A stretch of 64,000 nt of DNA from Candidatus Altiarchaeota archaeon (GTDB taxonomy: Archaea > Altiarchaeota > Altiarchaeia > IMC4 > SCGC-AAA252-I15). The notes under the pieces are model-generated. The model had not been told where the DNA came from, made no database searches, and was given only the letters and a program-made list of their open reading frames with translations. A program made the translations under genes and the position numbers. Shown here one piece after another: positions 57,760 to 64,000 of the stretch; the first letter of the stretch is position 1; each line of letters begins with the position of its first letter. The stretch spans positions 1-64,000 of the forward strand of contig JAZDNF010000010.1 in NCBI GenBank assembly GCA_043800255.1, in the 5' to 3' direction.

Positions 57760-58568
57760 CGGGGACGAAAATCGTCAAAGTAAGGCTGGACGGCAACGGA
57801 GCCGGTGACGGACTTCCGAGGCTTAGGGAGGACCCTACCGTCAAGAAGGCGGTCGACCTGTTCGAGTCGTTGCCGTATAATATCTCAGCTTCGGATGACT
57901 CGAAATACTTTGATGGTGTCATTGACGGTTGCGAAGGGTGGAATCTACAGTCCCCGGAAATTCAGAAGACACTGGACACGCTGATAGAAAAACATTCCAT
58001 GAGCGCTGGCTTCATCAAGAGGGCCGGACTCTTCATATCCGCTTTGATAGAGGGTTCAACGCACAGGAAATTCGACTTAGAAGTTCATCAACCCCTGGAT
58101 TATATCGGGTACCATCTGCGAGGCGGGAAGGAGATAACATTGAAGGGAGACGTTGGCAAGGGCTTGGGATTCGGGATGGGCGGCATCGAAGCCAGCAGCA
58201 TAACCTTGGACGGCAACGCAGGATTCGGAGTTGGAGGCTGGATGTGCTCTGGCAAAATCCACGTCAAGGGAGACGCCGGGAACTCGGTCGGCTTCTGCTT
58301 GGGGAAGTTCTTTTTCCCGGACATGGGAGAGCGTGGCATACCCCTGCCGCATACACCGCCCCTGATAATAATAGACGGCAACGCGGGAACCGAGACTGGA
58401 AACGGGATGCGCGAGGGTAAAATCCAGGTGAATGGGGAGATGGGAGAGAATGCAGGTCCTAGTATGGACGGCGGCATCATAGAAGCAGGTAAGGTTAAAG
58501 GGGTGAGCGCACATTTCAAATGGGGGAGAATCTACGAAAATGGAGTGCTTATAGCAGGACGAGAATGA
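57756..58568 (+). CDS. Array gene A34
   Basis: Leader and coils with a loop insertion. Confidence 0.9.
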   Translation: MTGTKIVKVRLDGNGAGDGLPRLREDPTVKKAVDLFESLPYNISASDDSKYFDGVIDGCEGWNLQSPEIQKTLDTLIEKHSMSAGFIKRAGLFISALIEGSTHRKFDLEVHQPLDYIGYHLRGGKEITLKGDVGKGLGFGMGGIEASSITLDGNAGFGVGGWMCSGKIHVKGDAGNSVGFCLGKFFFPDMGERGIPLPHTPPLIIIDGNAGTETGNGMREGKIQVNGEMGENAGPSMDGGIIEAGKVKGVSAHFKWGRIYENGVLIAGRE

Positions 58569-59374
58569 CCGGGACGAAAGTAGTCAAGCTGAGGTTGGAC
58601 GAGGAAGGGTCGGTTGGCAGGCTGCCGAACCTGATGGATGCGGTGGTTGAGAAGGCTGTTAGCGTGTTCGCTCGCAGGAACTATTTCACGTTGGCGAAGG
58701 ATGGGGGTGAGGCGTATGATCATATGCTAAAGGATGTGCAGGGCTTTGACGTCAGTAGGAGTCAGCTGCAGGGCATCCTCGGAATGCTGGAGGAGAAGTA
58801 CAAGCACAGTCCCTGGCGGTTCACGATGATCGGGCCGTTCCTGTCCGCCCTGGTTGAGAAATCGCATGAGAACGAGTTCGAGCTGGTGTTGACCGATAAG
58901 GTGCAGTCCATCGGCTACAGGCTGAGAGACGGCAAGAGGATAACATGCATCGGAGACGTCGGCAGCGCAGGCGACAAAATGTCAGGCGGCCTGATAATGG
59001 TGAAAGGCGACATCGGCGACCTGATGGGGCGGGACATGACCGGGGGAAAAATCATCGTAGCGGGCGGCGCCGGGAACCAGACAGGATATCATATGAGCGG
59101 CGGCGAAATCGAGATCAAAAAATCAGCAAGAGACTATCCAGGATGCAACATGAGCGGGGGAAAAATCAAGATCGGAGAAAATGCCGGCAACTACGCTGGA
59201 TTCAACATGAGCAAAGGCGAAATCCACATCCTGGGAAACGCTAACATCGGCGCAGGCTCAGGCATGAGCGGAGGCAAAATAACCGTGGACGGCAGGATAT
59301 TCGGGCTCATAAGAGACGTCAAAGGCGGCGAGATTTGGGAAGGCGGCACGCAAATCTGGCCGAAACAAAAATGA
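58565..59374 (+). CDS. Array gene A35
   Basis: Start moved to MTGTK at the ATGA overlap. Confidence 0.9.
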   Translation: MTGTKVVKLRLDEEGSVGRLPNLMDAVVEKAVSVFARRNYFTLAKDGGEAYDHMLKDVQGFDVSRSQLQGILGMLEEKYKHSPWRFTMIGPFLSALVEKSHENEFELVLTDKVQSIGYRLRDGKRITCIGDVGSAGDKMSGGLIMVKGDIGDLMGRDMTGGKIIVAGGAGNQTGYHMSGGEIEIKKSARDYPGCNMSGGKIKIGENAGNYAGFNMSKGEIHILGNANIGAGSGMSGGKITVDGRIFGLIRDVKGGEIWEGGTQIWPKQK

Positions 59375-60135
59375 CCGGCACGAAGGTTATCAAACTCAGG
59401 CTTGAGGGAGGCGCTGATAGTAATCTGCCAAAGCTCAGGGAAGGCATTGCAACTGAGTTGTGTGTTCTCTATGAACAGCTTCCCTATACTCTAAGTTTTG
59501 ATGTTACTAACTCTAATATAAGCAAACTGACGGAAACGTTAGGTTTTGATAGGGGGCAGCTTGAGAGCATCGATTCCAGCCAACTTCAGTGCGTGTACGA
59601 TGCACTTGAGGACAGATTCAAGGGAGATGGGAATTTCGGCCACAAGTGCGGCATCCTACTGACGTATCTTATGAGTCATTCAAGGCATAATGAGTTCAAG
59701 CTGAAGGTGAACAAGCCATTAAGCCGTCTCGGGGCATACTTCACGGAGGGTAAGAAGCTGACAGTCGTTGGGGACGTTAAAGATTATGTAGGATATAAGA
59801 TGCGTGGGGGAGAGATAACAGTAAAAGGCTCGGCAGGAGCGTGGTTGGGATATGAGATGGAACAAGGGAGCATACTCCTGGAGAAGAACGCTGATACATG
59901 GGCTGGAAACCAAATGAAAGGGGGAAGACTTCACGTGAAGGGGAATTCAGGAGAATGGACTGGCGAGCGCATGGAAGGCGGCATATTGCAGGTGGACGGT
60001 GACAGCGGCGAGGAAACCGGAAATAATATGGATGGTGGCGTAATAAACGTGAACGGCAAGATTGCGGGTGTTGGGCGCATCTTTGAAGATTCAACGGGTG
60101 AATTACGGCACAGGGGGGTGAAAATAGCACCATGA
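59371..60135 (+). CDS. Array gene A36
   Basis: Start moved to MTGTK at the ATGA overlap. Confidence 0.9.
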   Translation: MTGTKVIKLRLEGGADSNLPKLREGIATELCVLYEQLPYTLSFDVTNSNISKLTETLGFDRGQLESIDSSQLQCVYDALEDRFKGDGNFGHKCGILLTYLMSHSRHNEFKLKVNKPLSRLGAYFTEGKKLTVVGDVKDYVGYKMRGGEITVKGSAGAWLGYEMEQGSILLEKNADTWAGNQMKGGRLHVKGNSGEWTGERMEGGILQVDGDSGEETGNNMDGGVINVNGKIAGVGRIFEDSTGELRHRGVKIAP

Positions 60136-60821
60136 CCGGCACGAAGGTCGTCAAGTTGAGGTTGGAGGATGATGGTAAGGATTTGCCGAAGCTGAAGGGC
60201 AGCGTCATTGATGAGGCTGTCGAGCTGTTCGAGAAAATCGACTGGGAGAATAATCTGGTGGGATACCATGAAAAAGTTCTGAAGAAAACCAGAAGATTGG
60301 ACGCTAACTCGGCTGCGGTGCAGGGTATAGTCTACCAGTTGGAAGACAACTTTGCTAAAGGCGACATGCAGGACAAGTTCTACTTCAAGCGGATGGGAGC
60401 CTTCCTCACAGGGTTGATAGAGAATTCAACCTCAGAGGAACTAGAATTCGAAACCAGGACTCCACTGGACTACATAGGCTACCTGATGAACGCGGAGAAG
60501 ACCATCACAGTAAACGGTGCGGCAGGCGATATGACCGGGTACATGATGAGAAGAGGCCTCATAAGGGTTAAAGGCGACTCAGGGTTCTGGACCGGCTGCC
60601 AGCTTGCAGGCGGAAAAGTCGAAGTCGAAGGCAGCACAGGCGAGTACACCGGCCAGCAGATGGAGACTGGAGAGATAACCGTGAAAAAGGATGCTGGAAG
60701 GAAAACAGGGCTGCGCATGAAAGGCGGCAGAATCGAAGTCGGCGGCAGCATCGGAGACATCGGACCTGTCATCAAAGGCGGCGAAATCTACAACAAAGGG
60801 GAGCGGGTGTGGCCGAAATGA
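60132..60821 (+). CDS. Array gene A37
   Basis: Leader and coils. Confidence 0.9.
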   Translation: MTGTKVVKLRLEDDGKDLPKLKGSVIDEAVELFEKIDWENNLVGYHEKVLKKTRRLDANSAAVQGIVYQLEDNFAKGDMQDKFYFKRMGAFLTGLIENSTSEELEFETRTPLDYIGYLMNAEKTITVNGAAGDMTGYMMRRGLIRVKGDSGFWTGCQLAGGKVEVEGSTGEYTGQQMETGEITVKKDAGRKTGLRMKGGRIEVGGSIGDIGPVIKGGEIYNKGERVWPK

Positions 60822-61567
60822 CGGGAACCAAGGTAATCAAGTTGAGGCTGGAGCAGGGCGGTGCAGCCGAGAGGCTTCCGGACCTTAAGGGCGATGTCAA
60901 AGGCAAGCTTGTCAGAATATTCAACGAGACAGATTATTTCGAGTCAGATGAGGGAGTATCCTGCTATGACCGGTTCGTCCAGCAGACGGAAGGGTTAGGC
61001 GCCGGTCAGGAGCGGATACAGGATGTGTTAGACTTCCTATTGGATGATGAGAATGCAATAGACCAGGTCTACCGTCAAAAAGTCGGATACCTTGTGAGCG
61101 CGCTAATCCATAACTCACGCCAGAGGGAATTCAGGATACGCCTGAAACATCCCGTAGACTGGGTCGGCTACAGGCTTGAAGGCGGGAAAAAGATAACCGT
61201 AGACGGTGATGTGGCATACGGTGTCGGCTCGGAGATGCGCTCTGGGACGATAATCGTCAATGGAAATTCATGGTTGGGAGCCGGCTTTAAAATGGCAGGA
61301 GGAAACGTCATAATACGAGGGAACTCAGGCAGGCTCACCGGGTTGGAAATGACCGGAGGTCGGCTTCTGATTAAAGGGGGCGCGGGAGACGAGACAGGCG
61401 CTAGTATGACTGGAGGAGTACTACACGTAAAAAAGGATGTCGGAGCAGAGACTGGGATAGGCATGGCAGATGGCATAATCAACGTAGGCGGGGACATCAA
61501 GAGCATATCCGACGACACTGGATATGGGAAAATCTACCACAAAGGAGAGAAGGTGCGCCCAAGATGA
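60818..61567 (+). CDS. Array gene A38
   Basis: Start moved to MTGTK at the ATGA overlap. Confidence 0.9.
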   Translation: MTGTKVIKLRLEQGGAAERLPDLKGDVKGKLVRIFNETDYFESDEGVSCYDRFVQQTEGLGAGQERIQDVLDFLLDDENAIDQVYRQKVGYLVSALIHNSRQREFRIRLKHPVDWVGYRLEGGKKITVDGDVAYGVGSEMRSGTIIVNGNSWLGAGFKMAGGNVIIRGNSGRLTGLEMTGGRLLIKGGAGDETGASMTGGVLHVKKDVGAETGIGMADGIINVGGDIKSISDDTGYGKIYHKGEKVRPR

Positions 61568-62277
61568 CGGGAACCAAGGTCGTAAAGTTGAAGCTGGATG
61601 GTAGTGGGAAATCAAAAGAGCTGCCCAGTCTCATGGACGGTGTCGTAGAGAAGGCCGCGGCTATTGTAGGCGAGCTTGAGCCTCTTGTGGGAGGGTGGAA
61701 TCACGTATACGAGCACATAGAAGAAAAAACAAGGCGCATGCATGTCACGCCAAAGCAGTTGCAGGATATGATAGAGATCGGCGAACACCAATACTTGATA
61801 GAGATCGGCGAACACCCATACTCTGAGGTTGAAAAATACAGTTGGAAGATGGGACTCCTCGTGTCCGCATTAATTAACAGTTCCCCCCACGACAACTTCA
61901 CAGTGAAGACTGAGATACCCTTATGCTATCTGGGCTACCGCCTGAAAGAGGGGAAGAAGATTACCGTGGAAAGTAAGGTTGACGAATCTGTTGGCAGGGA
62001 GAACATGGGCGGCCATATTCACGTGAAAAAAAATGCCGGCTGGTATGCCGGCGCCGATATGAGAACAGGGCTGCTGGAAATAGACGGAGATGCCGGGCGT
62101 GCGACAGGCGCCCGGATGAAAGGCGGGGAACTGCACGTCAAAGGAGACACTGAATTTGACACGGCAGTAGAGATGGAGGGGGGAAAACTCATAATAGATG
62201 GGAAAGCGATGGGCGCAGGACATAGTATAAAAGGCGGAGAAATCTGGGAAGCCGGGAAAAAGGTGTTCTCAAGATGA
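61564..62277 (+). CDS. Array gene A39
   Basis: Leader and coils; internal 27-bp duplication. Confidence 0.9.
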   Translation: MTGTKVVKLKLDGSGKSKELPSLMDGVVEKAAAIVGELEPLVGGWNHVYEHIEEKTRRMHVTPKQLQDMIEIGEHQYLIEIGEHPYSEVEKYSWKMGLLVSALINSSPHDNFTVKTEIPLCYLGYRLKEGKKITVESKVDESVGRENMGGHIHVKKNAGWYAGADMRTGLLEIDGDAGRATGARMKGGELHVKGDTEFDTAVEMEGGKLIIDGKAMGAGHSIKGGEIWEAGKKVFSR

Positions 62278-63140
62278 CAGGCACGAAAGTCGTAAAGCTG
62301 AAGTTGGAAGACGGTGGCGCTGAGAGGCTCCCGCATCTGAAGGAGTCTGCTGTCAGTAAATCGTTGGAAGTTTACAAAAAAACCGAGAACATGAGCCTGT
62401 CTGATCACATGCTTATGCTAGATTATCATGAGACAGTGTCTAAGGAATCAAAAGGTTTGGATTTAACTTCAGCAGAGATTCAGGAACTATCTGATCTGCT
62501 TGAGGATAGTGCTTCAGTAGGTTTATCCCACCCGTTTAGACGTGGGATATTCCTGTCAGCTCTGATACAAAGTTCCAGTCAAAAAAAATTCAGACTAAAA
62601 ACCAAAACCCTCTTGCATTGCATTGGATACATGTTGAATGATAAAGAAAAGAAGATTACTGTGGAAGGCGATGCCGGAGATTACACTGGACAGCATATGA
62701 ATGCAGGACAAGTTAGCATTACAGGAAATGCAGGCGATTTTACCGGCTGGAGCATGAGTGGTGGCTCGATAAAAATCGAAAAAGACGCCCGAAATAATCT
62801 CGCAGCATTTATGAGTAATGGTATCATACTCGTAAAAGGAAACGCAAGAGACTACGCCGGGCAGGAGATGGTGGGAGGCAGACTACATATTGGAGGAACA
62901 GCAAGAAACTACCTAGGCAATTCCGTAAAATCAAATGCTACAATACGGGTTGAAAAGGACATAGGAGATCATGCCGCGCTTATGATGAGCGGGGGGACCA
63001 TCGAGGTCAAAGGAAAAGCCGGGAAATATCTTGGATCACATATGGTTGGCGGCACAGTAAAGGTGGCAAAAGGAATCGAGGAGATCAGCAAAGACTTCCA
63101 AGACGGGAGCATACAAGAAAAAGGAGAGTGGGTGAGATAA
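62274..63140 (+). CDS. Array gene A40
   Basis: Leader and coils. Confidence 0.9.
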   Translation: MTGTKVVKLKLEDGGAERLPHLKESAVSKSLEVYKKTENMSLSDHMLMLDYHETVSKESKGLDLTSAEIQELSDLLEDSASVGLSHPFRRGIFLSALIQSSSQKKFRLKTKTLLHCIGYMLNDKEKKITVEGDAGDYTGQHMNAGQVSITGNAGDFTGWSMSGGSIKIEKDARNNLAAFMSNGIILVKGNARDYAGQEMVGGRLHIGGTARNYLGNSVKSNATIRVEKDIGDHAALMMSGGTIEVKGKAGKYLGSHMVGGTVKVAKGIEEISKDFQDGSIQEKGEWVR

Positions 63141-64000
63141 TGACCAGCACTAAAGTCGTTAAGTTAAAGTTGGAGGGTGAGGGCGGCGCTGAGAGGCTCC
63201 CGCATCTGAAGGAGGGAAAAATCAAGCAGGCTTTGGAACTGTTTGACAGCATACCCTACCGCGCCCAGGGTGAAACCAATTTCGACTATGAGGGCTATTA
63301 CCGGAAAGTGCTTGAGGGCGCTGAGATGATAAACGCTTCAGAATCGGAAGTCCAGAAGATTCTCGCAGCGTTGGAGGCCAAGCAGTCTGAAATCGGCGGG
63401 TATCCAGAGCATGTCGGAACCTTCATAACCGCGATGATGCAGGGTTCCAAAGCACGGGAGTTCACCCTCAGGCCGGCATACTACCTGCACCATATCGGTG
63501 AGTACCTGCAAGGTGACAAGAAGATCACAGTATTCGGTGACATGGGCACGGTGGCGAGCCGCATGCGCGGCGGCGAGCTGATAATCAAGGGGAACGTCTT
63601 CGATAACTCAGGTGAGAAGATGTCCGGCGGAAAGCTGATAATAGAAGGGCATGCAGGCGGCGACTTGGGGCGTGAGATGGGTGGCGGCCTGATAGAGGCT
63701 GCAGAGGCTCGGGGCAGGCTATTAGGTTGTTACATGTGGGGCGGCACGATCAGGATCAAGGGAGACGCCGGCGACGAGATAGGAGCGAACATGTCGAAAG
63801 GCGAAATATACGTCGGAGGGAACGCTGGCAAAAAACTGGGCTATAAGATGCACGGCGGAAAGATTGTAGTAGATGGGGAAGCTGGATACAATGTGGGCGA
63901 TTTCGCCGACGGCGGGCAGATCATCGTCGGAAAGAAGATAACGTCGCTTGGATTTGTGTGCTCGCAGTGCGAGGTCATAGTAGCAGGAGAGAAGGTGGCG
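63140..64000 (+). CDS. Array gene A41 (truncated by the window end; not in the ORF track)
   Basis: TAATG overlap; MTSTKVVKLKLEGEGGAERLPHLKE...VGTFITAMMQGS... with coils open to 64000. Confidence 0.9.
   Translation, partial: MTSTKVVKLKLEGEGGAERLPHLKEGKIKQALELFDSIPYRAQGETNFDYEGYYRKVLEGAEMINASESEVQKILAALEAKQSEIGGYPEHVGTFITAMMQGSKAREFTLRPAYYLHHIGEYLQGDKKITVFGDMGTVASRMRGGELIIKGNVFDNSGEKMSGGKLIIEGHAGGDLGREMGGGLIEAAEARGRLLGCYMWGGTIRIKGDAGDEIGANMSKGEIYVGGNAGKKLGYKMHGGKIVVDGEAGYNVGDFADGGQIIVGKKITSLGFVCSQCEVIVAGEKVA

Larger units (their letters stand above)
26884..64000 (+). repeat. Tandem gene array of at least 41 paralogous MTGTK-leader / GXGXG beta-helix genes (A1-A41)
   Basis: Shared N-terminal tag, G(L/V)FL(S/T)AL helix, ~19-aa GxIxVxGNAG...GxxMxGG coils and a GGEI(W/Y)xxGxxVxP end. 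Confidence 0.95.

Noticed and set aside
30810-60817. Longer upstream starts in the ORF track for A6, A7, A9, A16, A17, A22, A23, A32, A35, A36 and A38
   Set aside because: The conserved tag, and in all but A22 the ATGA overlap, define the real starts. The extensions lie inside the preceding gene.
26982-62408. Many minus-strand and alternative-frame ORFs over the array (e.g. 51774-53054, 38980-39849, 33626-34417)
   Set aside because: Pro/Ser/Ile-rich antisense shadows of the Gly-rich repeats, fully overlapping well-supported genes.
26884-64000. Annotating the array genes as formylmethanofuran dehydrogenase subunit C or glutamate synthase
   Set aside because: Only the GXGXG coil pattern is shared. 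No partner subunits occur in the window, and the tag, helical domain and copy number do not fit a metabolic enzyme subunit.
26884-64000. Diversity-generating retroelement or integron as the source of array diversity
   Set aside because: No reverse transcriptase, no template/variable repeat pair with adenine-specific differences, no integrase, and no room for attC-like sites because the genes overlap. A trans-acting factor outside the window cannot be excluded.

Overview
Archaeal genomic DNA: it carries Nop5, FtsZ2, an archaeal 7S SRP RNA, Sec61-beta and an ApgM-type mutase. The style suggests an uncultured lineage such as Altiarchaeota/DPANN, but that is only an impression. The left 27 kb holds housekeeping genes, a hicBA pair with a nonsense-mutated toxin, a cluster of triloop hairpins, and several very large sequon-rich secreted or surface proteins. 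Three of these end in LTD + (G/D)WNL(I/L)S. The right 37 kb is a tandem array of at least 41 co-oriented paralogous genes that runs past the window end. Each gene encodes a conserved ~25-aa N-terminal tag (MTGTK[IV][VI]KL[KR]L[ED]xGG...LPxL[KR]), a highly variable helical domain ending in G(L/V)FL(S/T)AL, and a GXGXG (FwdC/GltB-domain-3-like) beta-helix of variable length. Most genes are coupled by ATGA overlaps, and the array blocks share one upstream motif. A divergent pair sits inside the array: a HEXXH-peptidase/vWA gene and a MoxR-like AAA+ ATPase fused to a rhodanese domain. The array plus this pair is the candidate undescribed system. Its function is inferred, not shown.
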